Assembly (NCBI RefSeq): GCF_963921235.1
Contig: NC_086108.1
Span: forward strand, 20,894,001-20,958,000
Direction: 5' to 3'
From: Mobula hypostoma
Taxonomy: Eukaryota
Length of the DNA stretch: 64,000 bases
Shown: piece after piece, positions 13,052-25,572 of the stretch
How the letters are laid out: every line of letters begins with the position of its first letter
Position numbering within the stretch: the stretch's first letter is position 1
Position numbers and translations under genes: made by a program
Notes under the pieces: generated by a model
The model's input: the letters and a program-made list of their open reading frames with translations, nothing else
Told to the model about the DNA's origin: nothing
The model's database searches: none

Positions 13052-13480
13052 AGCATTATGAAGGACCCCACGCACCCCTCATATAAACTCTTCTCCCTCC
13101 TGCCATCTGGAAAAAGGCACCGAAGCATTCGGGCTCTCACAAGCAGACTATGTTACAGTTTCTTCCCCCAAGCCAACAGACTCCTCAATACCCAGAGCCT
13201 GGCTTCACACCAACCTACTATGCCTTCTACTGTGCCTACTGTCTTGTTTATTATTGATTATTATTTATTGTCGTGCCTGCACTGTTTTGTGCACTTTATG
13301 CAGTCCTGGATAGGTCTGTAGTCTACTGTAGTTTTTGTGTTTTTTCTTACGTAGTTCAGTGTAGTTTTTGTATTGTTTCATGTAGCACCATGGTCCTGGA
13401 AAACATTGTCTCATTTTTATTATGTTCTGTACCAGCAATTATGGTTGAAATGACAATAAAAAGTGACGACTTGACTTGAT
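13052..13480 (+). mobile_element. Short Rex1/Babar 3' end from a different subfamily (duplicated at 14957-15385)
   Basis: KDPTHPSYKLFSLLPSGKRHRSI, followed by AATAAA and a (GACTT)n tail. Confidence 0.8.
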
Positions 13481-13899
13481 TATTCTTCACTCACCTTCTT
13501 TGTTCCATCAGATCTAGAATTTCTTGGGTTATCCACCCCTTGTTGGTGTGTTGGATTTCTTGTACTGGGATTATCTCCTCTGCTGATTGCTGTAGAGTAT
13601 ATTTAAATCTGCCCCAAATAGGTGTTGTTTCATTTTCGTTGAGGTGTTCTTCTACAGCTGTTTTGAATTGTTGTTTAAGTATGCTATCATTTCTAAGTTC
13701 TCCCAACATATACTTTTTTATCCCCACGTTTCAGTTTCTTTAATTTTGTTTTGATAGTAGCTATTACTGGATGGTGATCTGAACCACAGTCTGCTCCTGG
13801 GTAGGCTTTAGAATTTGTGATATTATTTCTAAAGCGTTCATTGATGGTAATGAAATCTATTTGATTCCTTGTTCTATCTCCAGGCTATTTCCACTGATC

Positions 13900-14862
13900 A
13901 GCAGCACTGGGGCTCCACAGGGAACTGTCTTGTCTCCCTTTCTCTTCACCATTTACACCTCGGACTTCAACTACTGCACAGAGTCTTGTCATCTTCAGAA
14001 GTTTTCGGATTACTCTGCCATAGTTGATTCATCAGCAAGGGAGATGAGGTTGAGTACAGGGCTACGGTAGGAAACTTCGTCACATGGTGTGAGCAGAATT
14101 ATCTGCAGCTTAATGTGAAAAAGACTAAGGAGCTGGTGGTAGACCTCAGGAGAGCTAAGGTACCAGCGACCCCTGTTTCCATCCAGGGGGTCAGTGTGGA
14201 CATGGTGGAGGATTACAAATACCTGGGGATACGAAATGACAATAAACTGGACTGGTCAAAGGACACTGAGGCTGTCTAGAAGAATGGTCAGAGCCGTCTC
14301 TATTTCCTGAGGAGACTGAGGTCCTTTAACATCTGCCAGATGATGCTGAGAATATTCTACGAGTCTGTGGTGGCCAGTGCCATCATGTTTGCTGTTGTGT
14401 GCTGGGGCAGCAGGCTGAGCATAGCAGACACCAACAGAATCAACAAACTCATTCATAAGGCCAGTGATGTTGTAGGGATGGAACTGGACTCTCTGATGGT
14501 GGTGTCTGAAAAGAGGATGCTGTCCAAGTTGCATGCCATCTTGGACACTGTCTCCCATCCACTACATAATGTACTGGTTGGGCACAGGTGTACATTCAGC
14601 CAGAGAATCATTCCACCAAGATGCTACACTGAGCGTCATATGAAGTCATTCCTGCCTGTGGCCATCAAACTTTACAACTCCTCCCTTGGAGGGTCAGACA
14701 CGCTGAGCCAGTAGGCTGATCCTGGACTTATTTCCTGGCATAATTTACATATTACTATTTAATTATTTATGGTTTTATATTGCTATATTTATACTCTATT
14801 CTTGGTAGGGGCAACTGTAACGAAAATCAATTTCCCTCAGGATCAATAAAGTATGACTATGA
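13900..14862 (+). mobile_element. Rex1/Babar chimeric middle copy (5' part like copy B, 3' part like copy A)
   Basis: It shares the 5' junction of copy B and the 3' junction of copy A. Diagnostic bases switch at about 14230-14300. Confidence 0.8.
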
Positions 14863-15804
14863 CTACTTCATTGCATTTTTGATTCAGCCATTCTTCCTTT
14901 GCAATATTGCACAATTGTCTGATCTGTCTGTCTAGCTTTCTGTATTGTAAGCAAACAGCATTATGAAGGACCCCACGCACCCCTCATATAAACTCTTCTC
15001 CCTCCTGCCATCTGGAAAAAGGCACCGAAGCATTCGGGCTCTCACAAGCAGACTATGTTACAGTTTCTTCCCCCAAGCCAACAGACTCCTCAATACCCAG
15101 AGCCTGGCTTCACACCAACCTACTATGCCTTCTACTGTGCCTACTGTCTTGTTTATTATTGATTATTATTTATTGTCGTGCCTGCACTGTTTTGTGCACT
15201 TTATGCAGTCCTGGATAGGTCTGTAGTCTACTGTAGTTTTTGTGTTTTTTCTTACGTAGTTCAGTGTAGTTTTTGTATTGTTTCATGTAGCACCATGGTC
15301 CTGGAAAACATTGTCTCATTTTTATTATGTTCTGTACCAGCAATTATGGTTGAAATGACAATAAAAAGTGACGACTTGACTTGATTATTCTTCACTCACC
15401 TTCTTTGTTCCATCAGATCTAGAATTTCTTGGGTTATCCACCCCTTGTTGGTGTGTTGGATTTCTTGTACTGGGATTATCTCCTCTGCTGATTGCTGTAG
15501 AGTATATTTAAATCTGTCCCAAATAGGTGTAGTTTCATTTTCGTTGAGGTGTTCTTCTACAGCTGTTTTGAATTGTTGTTTAAGTATGCTATCATTTCTA
15601 AGTTCTCCCAACATATACTTTTTTATCCCCACGTTTCAGTTTCTTAAATTTTGTTTTGATAGTAGCTATTACTGGATGGTGATCTGAACCACAGTCTGCT
15701 CCTGGGTAGGCTTTAGAATTTGTGATATTATTTCTAAAGCGTTCATTGATGGTAATGAAATCTATTTGATTCCTTGTTCTATCTCCAGGCTATTTCCACT
15801 GATC

Positions 15805-16761
15805 AGCAGCACTGGGGCTCCACAGGGAACTGTCTTGTCTCCCTTTCTCTTCACCATTTACACCTCGGACTTCAACTACTGCACAGAGTCTTGTCATCTT
15901 CAGAAGTTTTCGGATGACTCTGCCATAGTTGGATGCATCAGCAAGGGAGATGAGGTTGAGTACAGGGCTACGGTAGGAAACTTTGTCACATGGTGTGAGC
16001 AGAATTATCTGCAGCTTAATGTGAAAAAGACTAAGGAGCTGGTGGTAGACCTCAGGAGAGCTAAGGTACCAGCGACCCCTGTTTCCATCCAGGGGGTCAG
16101 TGTGGACATGGTGGAGGATTACAAATACCTGGGGATACGAATTGACAATAAACTGGACTGGTCAAAGGACACTGAGGCTGTCTAGAAGAATGGTCAGAGC
16201 TGTCTCTATTTCCTGAGGAGACTGAGGTCCTTTAACATCTGCCGGACGATGCTGAGGATGTCCTACGAGTCTATGGTGGCCAGTGCTATCATGTTTGCTA
16301 TTGTGCGCTGGAGTAGCAGGCTGAGGGTAGCAGACACCAACAGAATCAACTGATTCGCAAGGCCAGTGATGTTGTGGAGGTGGAGATGGAACTGGACTCT
16401 CTCACGGTGGTGTATGAAAAGAGGATGCTGTCCAAGTTGCATGCCATCTTGGTCAATGTCTCCCATCCACTACATAATGTACTGGGTGGGCACAGGAGTA
16501 CATTCAGCCAGAGACTCATTCCTCCAAGATGCAGCACTGAGCATCATAGGAAGTCATTCCTGCCTGTGGCCATCAAACTATACAACTCCTCCCTTGGAGG
16601 GTCAGATACCCAGTGCCGATAGGCTGGTCCTGGACTTATTTCATAATTTACTGGCATAATTTACATATTACTATTTAACTACTTACTATTTATTATTTAT
16701 GGTACAACTGTAACGAAAACCAATTTCCCCCTAGGATCAATAAAGTATGACTATGACTATG
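15805..16761 (+). mobile_element. Rex1/Babar LINE 3' fragment, copy B
   Basis: GAPQGTVLSPFLF and KFSDD RT motifs, a (TATGAC)n tail, and flanking ACTGATC at 15798-15804 and 16762-16768. Confidence 0.87.
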
Positions 16762-17916
16762 ACTGATCCAAGTACACAATCTATGTGGATGGTTTTTATA
16801 CCAAGTACTGATGATCACTTGGTTGTTTCTGACACACCAATCAGAAAACCTTTCTCCATTTTCATTTTTCTCCCCTAATCCAAAAGGTCCCTTGATGTTA
16901 TCAACCCTTTCCTGTCCAATTTTGGAGTTATAATCTCCCATGACTAGTTTTATATCCTGAGATTTACATTGTTCATAAGCACTGTCAAGATCTTCATAAA
17001 ACTTGTTGATATCCTCTTCATCCACATCATTTGTTGGCGCATTGGCTTGGATTATGCTAATGTTAAAAGGGTTACCCCTTAATTTAACTAAAAGGAGCCG
17101 TTCGGATATGGCCCAATATCCCATAAGACATTTTGATACTTGTTTGTTTAAAATAATTCCAACTCCATACATATGCTGCTGACCTCCAGAATACATTATC
17201 AGAGAACTATTCTTAGTGAATTTGCCACTGTCAGTCCATCTAATTTCTGACAGGCCTAAGATATCAACTTCCAACCTTCTCATTTCATTTAATGTGTTGT
17301 CCAACTTTCCTTTCTGGTAAAGTGTACAGATGTTCCATGTTGCTACCCTTAGTACTTCTCTATTGCTTACAGTCTCTGGATGACGGTCTGGCGTCACCTG
17401 AAGCACATGACTACCCTTACCAAGTGAGGTGTTGTTCTGTTGATTAGACTCAACGCCATTCACGCTGGGGTGTATGGCGTGGCAAGGTCCTGACTAAATA
17501 TCAGGAAATGCCAACAGCGTTTATATATCTTCTCCCACCCAAGACAACTCCGCCTTCACATAGGACTTAGGTCCGGGTGCACCCTGTCTCGTTGAAGGAG
17601 CTCTGTCTATGGCGAATGTTTGACGCCAGAAAGATAACCAGACCAATGGTGGTGGTGTCACCTAAAATCACTAAAGTCTTCGGCAGCAGGGAGATGGATT
17701 CCAAGCTTGGGTGGAGGATTGTCTTTGTACAACAACAGCAAAGGTTGGGTGACATCTAGTGTATGATTCCCAATTGGGAACACCAGTAGAGGTCAAATGC
17801 TCTAGTTAGATGAGCACTGCGGCAACAGAAGGCAACGGCAAACCACTGTTGAAATTTCTGCTAGTCAATCATGGAAAGAAACAAAAGAAGGAAACCAGAC
17901 AACACCAAAATACTAC

Positions 17917-18340
17917 AGAATAATATCTGCAAATGTGCATATGGTGCACATTTCTGACAGTCATGGCTGTTTCTAGCGTTGTGCTTTATCGAGTTTTGAA
18001 TGTTGAATGTCTACACTCAGTACACACCTTTCTGACAATGAATCGGGCCTTTCAAGCAACAGTTGCTTAGTGTTCCAAATGGTCTATTGTTCTTAAGGTA
18101 ACCTAATATCGTCAGCCAGTGAATGAGTCCAGTGAATTCAGTTACACTGCTACTGTTGGACATGGAGGAGTATGATGACCTTAACTGTTCAAGAATAGTA
18201 ATGTTGTATGCCATGAAGATGCAAATTTTTACAAAGAAATGCCCCTACTGAACCCAGATCTGATTCTGTACTGATGGCTCTTCAGCAATTCGGGGGAGAA
18301 ATTCTAGTGGTTGGTTGGGACACTGTTTCTGAAACTGAAG
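17917..18340 (+). pseudogene. Continuation of second ERV pol (tether and RNase H); RT appears deleted
   Basis: The sequence resumes after the RTE TSD. It contains tether-like VHTFLT...KWSIVL...PNI and RNase H LNPDLILYTDGSS near 18248-18285. Confidence 0.7.
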
Positions 18341-18489
18341 TGCATGTATCAGGAAAAGAAAAGAAAATTCTGATGTTTAGGTTCAATAATAATCTCATTG
18401 CAAATGATCCACTTGAAAATAGTGACAGTGGCATAGAAGATGTTTAAATTCAGTTTGTGGGTAAGAAACTTGAATCTGAAACTACTATA

Positions 18490-19735
18490 AATCTAATTGA
18501 ATAGAATTAGATAACGAGGATAAAGTCTGCTCGAGTACATTAGGAAAATAGATTGAGACAGTAGAATACTAGTGTTAGAAAGTGCAAGAAATTAGTCATA
18601 AATCTCAACAAAGGGATATTCAAGTAAAAAAAAAGGTTCTACAAGAACAACACACCATCCATGGCAAACTAGGGAAGTTATGGATTGTATCAAACTTTAA
18701 ATAAACGGCACAAAAAGTTGCATAACTGGCAAGCCAAAAAAGTAGGACATTTTAAAAAAAGCAGAAGATGACAATAAAAAGAAAAAAATGCAAAGAAATG
18801 AGAACAAACTAGCAAAAACATTCTTAAAAAACAGTTCAAGTATCTAGAGTAAACCAAAGGAGCAAAAATGGACCTTCAAAGGATGAAACTAGGGAATTAA
18901 CAACGAGAAATAGAGAAATGGCAATGATTCCAAATAACTATCATGGATCAGACTTCACAATAGAAGTCACTAAAAACATTCCAGGAATAATAGACAATTA
19001 GGCAGCACAGAAGTGTAGCAGTTTGCGCAATGCAATTGCAGCAGCGGATGAAAGATCAGGGTTCAGTTCCCGATCTTGTCTGTAAGGAGTTGGTACATGC
19101 CCTGTGTCTGGGTGGGCTTCCTCCAGGTGCTCTGGTTTCCACCCACATTCTAAAGGCATTAGGACTACAGAGTTGTGGATGTGCTACTTTGGTGCCAGAA
19201 GACTGGTGACACTTGGCCCAGCACAATCCTCAGAAATTTCATTTGATGCTAATGATGCATTTCACTGTATGTTTCAATGTACAAGTGACAAATGGAGCTA
19301 AACTTTCTTTGAGGGTTATTATAAGAGGTTGAACTTAAAACAATCCCTAGTTCCAGAGAAAAAGCATTTGGTTAACTAATGAGGTTATAAAACAATGTGT
19401 CTACAGAAATCGTAAAAGGAATCAGCTCTCAATTGATAGCAGACACATTTACTGTCTACCAAGTTTCTCTGGATTCAGGAGAGGACTGGAAAGCTATAAA
19501 TATAATTACCCAATTAAAAAGGTGGGGGCAGAGGGCAGAAAGGAAGGAACAAGGTTAGCTAGCAGAACATCCATCACTAGGAAAATGCTGGAATCTGTTA
19601 TTGAGATTTTCAAAAATCACGCATGTTCAATGTGGTTAAAAAAAGAGAAATCACACATGGCAAATTCGCTAGAAAGTTTTGAGGATGCAATTAACAGAGA
19701 AGATAAAGACCAAGTAGAGTGGTCTATATATTGAC
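18490..19735 (+). mobile_element. Highly decayed CR1 ORF2 remnant, interrupted by a SINE
   Basis: Patchy similarity to other CR1 ORF2 copies in the window (EDWK, KMLESVI, NSLESFED). Confidence 0.55.
19001..19310 (+). mobile_element. tRNA-derived SINE with a V-domain-like core and LINE-type tail
   Basis: B-box-like GGTTCAGTTCCC and core GTGGGCTTCCTCCAGGTGCTCTGGTTTCC. The tail is shared with 19740-19900 on the opposite strand. Confidence 0.7.
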
Positions 19736-20659
19736 TAAAGTTCAAGATTCAAGTATATTTATCATGTATACATTGAAACACACAATGAAATGCATTATTT
19801 GCATTCACAACCAACACAAGGGGGTGCTGGGGACAGCCTGCAAGTGTTGCCACACATTCTGGCACCAAAATTGCATGCCTACAATGCTCAGCAGAGCAAC
19901 ACAGAACACAAAACAGAAAACAACAAACTACAAAACAGCAAAGCCCTGTAACTCCCTCCCACACATGCACAAACATTCTAACCCTAGAACAGGTCATCTT
20001 CTTCAGCTTCCAGTCTCCAACTAACTTGGATTCGGACTCAGACTTGCAGACATTGGGCCTTTGACTACCCCAGCAGACTCACAGATTGGCAGACTCAGGA
20101 CTTCAGCCAATGGACCTTGACTTCCAAACTTCTGATAAGGCTCTCGGGCCGCAATCCTCGGCATCGTCCACAGGACCTGCCGATCACCAAACATCAGGTT
20201 TTGAACTGCATGACTGGACCCCTGGCATTAGGTCCCGAACTCCAGTCTCACTAATTATCAAATGCTGGGGTTGGAGGGAGGGTGTGGTTGTCATCAGACA
20301 TCATTCTTCCTGCCAGACAGAAGTCTCACTCCATAACGTAGCGACAACTCAAACATAGAAGGTCACCAGCCTTTGTCCACAGTAGTCTGGCCCAACATCT
20401 GACTCGGCATCTGTCCCGTGGGGATCATGGCTCAAAGGTTGCTTCCATCGTGATTGGTTAGTTTAGAAACTCCATCTGCTTTTCCCATTGGTTGGATGCC
20501 TGGTGTCAAATATCTTGAGTATAAAATAGCACCTGCAGGAGGCTTGCTCTCTCTTCTTCTGTCTAAGACACGCTGCACAAAACCATGGGTAAAGTATGCT
20601 CGGCGCACACTTTTAACTGAATATCCATTTGTTTAATATTCAACTTTGTAGTTTGTGTA

Positions 20660-21040
20660 ACTCCCGATGTTCTAATCTACTCACCCCACATCTCTTATTT
20701 CTTTCCATTCTCTTTCCATTCTCCATTTTCCTTTCCTATTAGATTCCATTTTCTGCAGCCTTTTATCTCTGCCTGTCTCCTACCAGCAAAGATCATTTTC
20801 CACTCTTCCCTCCTCCACCTACCTATCATCCTTCATCTGCATCTACTTATTGCTTGCCGATTCTTGCCCCACCCTTCCCCTCAACTCTTTATACTAGCTA
20901 TCTCCCCTCTGTCACTCAGTCCAGTTGAAGAGTCTCAACCCAAAACTTCAACCATCCATTTCCATTCACAGATGTGCCTCTGATCCACTTAGTTCCTCCA
21001 GTATTTTAATTTTTTGCTGGAGATTCCAAAATCTGCAGTA
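20660..21040 (+). mobile_element. Old Penelope-like terminal remnant
   Basis: A pyrimidine-rich tract followed by a degenerate version of the terminal sequence seen at 59231-59372. Confidence 0.6.
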
Positions 21041-22936
21041 TCATGTTTCAAAGTTATGAAGAACATTTCAGAAGGCGAAGGAGCTTTGAGAGATGGCGGA
21101 ACCGTTTTTTTCAGACCCAGGTGATGTACTCCAGTTCATCCACAAAACAGCTTATTCTTCTTCTCTTATGTCTTTCCTTTCTTTTCAAGGTGATAGCAGT
21201 TCTGTCAGGGTCCATAACCTACAGTTCAAACTACAGCTCTTCCCAAGCAGTGGGTCTTTGGACCGGCCGTGCGGCTTAAGGTTTCGCTATCTCCAGGAAC
21301 AGTCTGGAAAACGTGTGCCCTCTAAGAGCAGCCCTGTGGATGACCTGGTTCATCACCAATTCACAGACTGAAGCATCGGGGGAGAACGAAACCGTAACAA
21401 CATGTGGTGTGTATGCTAATCGTTGGCTACTGCCAAAAGGCGGCTCCTGTACTTGAACGATTCCCGCACCCCCCCCCCACTTAGACGGTGAGAACCTGTC
21501 GGTCCTCAAGACGTGGGGCCTTGGAGAAGTGGTGTGGAAGACTGTAACATCGAAACAGCGAGTTGCTGGTCTCCACTTTCGTTGTTGCAGAAGTGACCAC
21601 TCTCTTCCTCACTGAAGGGAGCCTGTCTGAGATACCGAAGTGCTGAGTTACAGACTGCAGTTTTGATGGACTCTGGATCAAGGTATTTTGTGGGGAGGCA
21701 GGTCGGGATTGGGGGGGGGCAGTGCTCTTGTTTGCTTTTGAAAAGGGTTGGGGGGGGGCTTCGTTGTTTCCTTCATTCATTCTATGGGAACCTTTGAGCC
21801 CTTTATGAAACATTAGTTTAGACACAACTGAAATGGAAAACACTGCTAGAGATGGTGGTGTAAGAAAACTCAACAGTAGCACTCCCAAGGAGCTGACAAA
21901 ATTATTTGAAGCAAAGACTCTGCATGCTGTAGGAAGATGGCAGGGGGAGTGGAACTAGAAGGATTGTTCTTACATAGAATCACATTTCTTCCTTTTGCAC
22001 TTTACCTATTCCATGATTCTGTTTCCTGCACTCCTTTCAAACCCACCAGGATTTCATCTTCCATGGATATTTTCTGTTCCCTATGCTTCTTTCAGTCACC
22101 TGTTTCTCATGCCCCTTTTAATCAAATTAAAATTCTTAATAGCAGCAGTAAGTAACATTCAAAAAGTTTTCATTTTCATATATCTTAAAGTTTAAATGCA
22201 ACTCAATTTAAATCCTCTAGGACGGATTATTTTCATTTGATAACATGTAAAGATTACATTTCAAAATTACTGGTTTACACGAGGATTATAAATTCTCTCA
22301 AAGATATACGCTCTGCTCCCAAGATTTTAATTCTGCACACAATATGCTCTTGACTACAGATTCTTGAAACTGGAACACAATGATGGATGGAATACAATGA
22401 TGGATGACTCAAAATAAAAATGATATGAAGCATGATTCAACAAATTTGATAATGAGGCAAAGTTTACATTCTAGAAATGAGTAAATTGAATTGAATTATG
22501 ATGGTCATTTCATGCGTGCCCCTGCGAACATTCTCAGAGGATGTGATACGTGACCCATTATTTATGTATTATTTGTTGTTATTTATTTAGTTTTATTTAT
22601 TTATTATTATTTATTGCAATACCTTGTGCTCGAGGTCTGTGAGTGGCAGCACAATTTTCACCAACCCTTGAAATTTAAAGGACCTGGATTCTGGTATAGG
22701 GCAATCTCCGTGCACGTGCTCTTGAAACTTTCATCATGTGCATAAATTATCTTTGAAAGATCAATCACCAGTGATCAAAAGACCTGCTTCTCAAAAGAAT
22801 TTCTTGTTCAAGTACATTAAATGTTTGAAAAATGATATTGTTTTACTTCCATCCCCCCCCCGGCCCCGGAACTGTAGTATCACAATCCGCTTCTGTTTCC
22901 ACATACAAATTAAAAACAAAATAAATCTTACTCATA

Positions 22937-24750
22937 TCTACAGTTATATAAATAGCAAAAGGATAGTGAGGGATAAAATTGGTCCCTTAGAGAATCAGAG
23001 TGGACGGCTATGTGCGGAGCCAAAAGAGATGGGGGAGATTTTGAACAATTCCTTTTCTTCGGTATACACTAAGGAGAAGGATATTGAATTGTGTAAGGTA
23101 AAGGAAACAAAAAGGGTAGTTATGAGAAGTTTGACGATTAAAGAAGAGGAAGTACTGGTGCTTTTAAGGAATATAAAAGTGGATAAATCTCCAGGTCTGG
23201 ACAAGATATTCCCTAGGACCTTGAGGGAAGTTAGTGTGGAAATAGCAGGGGCTCTGACACAAATATTTCAAATGTCATTAGAAACAGGGATGGTGCCGGA
23301 GGATTGGCGTATTGCTCATGTGGTTCCATTGTTTAAAAAGGGTTCTAAGAGTAAACCCAACAATTTTGGGCCTGTGAGTTTGACATCAGTGGTGGGTAAA
23401 TTGATGGAAAGTATTCTTAGAGATGGCATCTATAATTAGCTGGATAGACAGGGTCTGATTAGGAACAGTCAACATGAATTTGTGCGTGGAAAGTCATGTT
23501 TGACAAATCTTATTGAATTTTTTGATGAGGTTACTAGGAAAGTTGACGAGGGTAAAACGGTGGATGTTGTCTATATGGACTTCAGTAAGGCCTCTGACAA
23601 GGTTCCACACGGAAGGTTAGTTAGGAAGGTTCAATCGTTAGGCATTAATATCAAAGTACTAAAATGGATTCAGCAGTGGCTGGATGGGAGACGCCAGAGA
23701 GTAGTGGTCGATAACTGTGTGTCAGATTGGAGGACGGTGTGTAGCAGTGTGCCTCAGGGATCTGTACTGGGTCCAATGTTGTTTGTCATATATATTAATG
23801 ATGTGGATGATGGGGTGGTAAATTGGATTAGTAAGTATGCAGATGATACTAAGATAGGTGGCGTTGTGGATAATGAAGTAGGTTTTCAAAGCTTGCAGAG
23901 AGATTTAGGCCAGTTAGAAGAGTGGGCTGAAAGATGGCAGATGTAGTTTAATGCTGAAAAATGTGAGGTGCTACATTTTGGTCGGACTAATCAAAATAGG
24001 ACATACATGGTAAATGGTAGGGCATTGAAGAATGCTGTAGAACAGAGGGATCAAGGAATAATGGTGCATAGTTCCCTGAAGGTGGAATCTCATGTGGATA
24101 GGGTGGTGAAGAAAGCTTTTGGTTTGCTGGCCTTTATTAATCAGAGCATTGAGTATAGGAGTTGGGATGTAATGTTGGAATTGTATAAGGCATTGGTAAG
24201 GCCAAATTTGGATTATTGCGTACAGTTCTGGTCATCGAATTATAGGAAAGATGTCAATAAAATTGAGAGAGTACAGAGGTTTACTAAATTTTGCCTGGGT
24301 TTCATCTCCTAAGTTACAGAGAAAGGTTGAACAAGTTAGGTCTCTATTCTTTGGAGCGTAGAAGGTTGAGAGGGGACTTGATAGAGGTGTTTAAAATTAT
24401 GAGGGGGATTGACAGAGTTGATGTGGATAGGCTTTTTCCATTGAGAGTGGGGGAGATTCAAACAAGAGGACATGAGTTGACAGTTAAAGGTTAAAAGTTT
24501 AGGGGTAACATGAGGGGGAACTTCTTTACTCAGAGACTGGTAGCTGTGTGGAACGAGCTTCCAGCAGAAGTGGTTGAGGCAGGTTCGATGTTGTCGTTTA
24601 AAGTTAAATTGGATAGCTATATGGACAGGAAAGGAATGGAGGGTTATGGGCTGAGTGCAGGTCGGTGGGACTAGATGAGAGTAAGAGTTTGGCACCGACT
24701 AGAAGGGCTGAGATGGCCTGTTTCCGTGCTGTAATTGTTATATGGTTATA
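22937..24750 (+). mobile_element. 5'-truncated CR1 LINE
   Basis: [26 protein letters not shown] and RPNLDYCVQFW motifs, plus a CR1 3' UTR with a TTATATGG tail. Confidence 0.93.
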
Positions 24751-25219
24751 TTTAAATATACTAATCTGGCAATGCACAATTTTACTTGCTCCAGAAAGGA
24801 AAAACTATGACAGTCATTTCAAATGTGCCCTGTGAACAATTCATAATTATTGGTTAAATTGCTTAGTGCACAGGCATACATGACAAATGCACAATCGCTT
24901 GAAGTGCTTAAGAACTTGCTATAATTCATAAAGAACAAAGTGAGAACATTAGAAAAAAAACTAATATACATCATTATGTTTACAATTCAGAAAATTAATC
25001 ATTAACATTTAGTTTACCTACATCTAATTTTGTTTTATAATATTTGCATAAATATAGTTGGGGAACTGGGACCTGAAAGAGAATTGCAAATTTTTTTTGA
25101 TGATGGACCCATTCTACTCTTTTGTAGTTGTTTTGTTTTAAAAACGGATTTTCAGAAGCAATCAATTTTATGGAACTTTACCCTTTAATGTCATAACACA
25201 AATCCCTCATTGTACTCAC

Positions 25220-25303
25220 ATGATTAAACCTTCTTGTGAAAGCTACAACATTTGGCGAAGAACTGTGTTTTTCTTTTTTGTTCCACCCACAACTTGATAG
25301 CTC
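25220..25303 (-). CDS. RALGPS2: RalGPS-family internal coding exon, 84 bp, [28 protein letters not shown]
   Basis: The minus strand reads tttttctttcag|GAGCTA...AATCAT|gtgagt and joins in frame to the 51-bp exon. SSCGWN and FNH resemble RALGPS2, while KH and NV resemble RALGPS1. Confidence 0.92.
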
Positions 25304-25572
25304 CTGAAAGAAAAAAACTGAACATTTAAAAACTAAATATACAAAAACTATCCTTTATGATTAAGAATGTGATGTTCACCCATCGCATTGAAGATTATTT
25401 ACCGCTAGCATTGAATTAATTAAAATTTACTAACTTTTTATATCTTTTGACCAGTTGTAAAACTGTACAGTACTTCCTTAAACTGTTCTCCTACCTTGGC
25501 AATCCACTTGCAAACAATTTGTCGCCAATCAAGGAGACATCATCAATGCGCCGTTCACTTGTGGTGTGTTTT

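Larger units (their letters stand above)
12330..16140 (+). repeat. Tandem duplication with a 1905-bp period (boundaries approximate)
   Basis: Near-identical ORF pairs are all offset by 1905: 12435/14340, 13058/14963, 13491/15396 and 13861/15766. Confidence 0.93.
10431..17905 (-). mobile_element. Full-length RTE-clade LINE, decayed, with nested Rex1 copies and an internal duplication
   Basis: 11-bp TSD CAAAATACTAC (10420-10430, 17906-17916) and a (GAA)n tail. Endonuclease ORF at 16693-17463 (ATWNICTL, GLSEIRW, MGDYN). RT fragments include NYRTISL and FIDFTKAFD. Confidence 0.9.

Noticed and set aside
21093..21888. ORFs of 77-135 aa in a GC-richer segment
   Set aside because: No recognisable domain or splice structure. 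The segment looks like a non-coding repeat.
22290..22360. Minus-strand stretch (VVKSILCAELK) faintly resembling the next RalGPS exon (VVREIL.AQTLKIRAE)
   Set aside because: The FW residues are missing, the frame does not hold, and no splice sites give the expected exon. It is probably chance, and the next exon likely lies outside the window.
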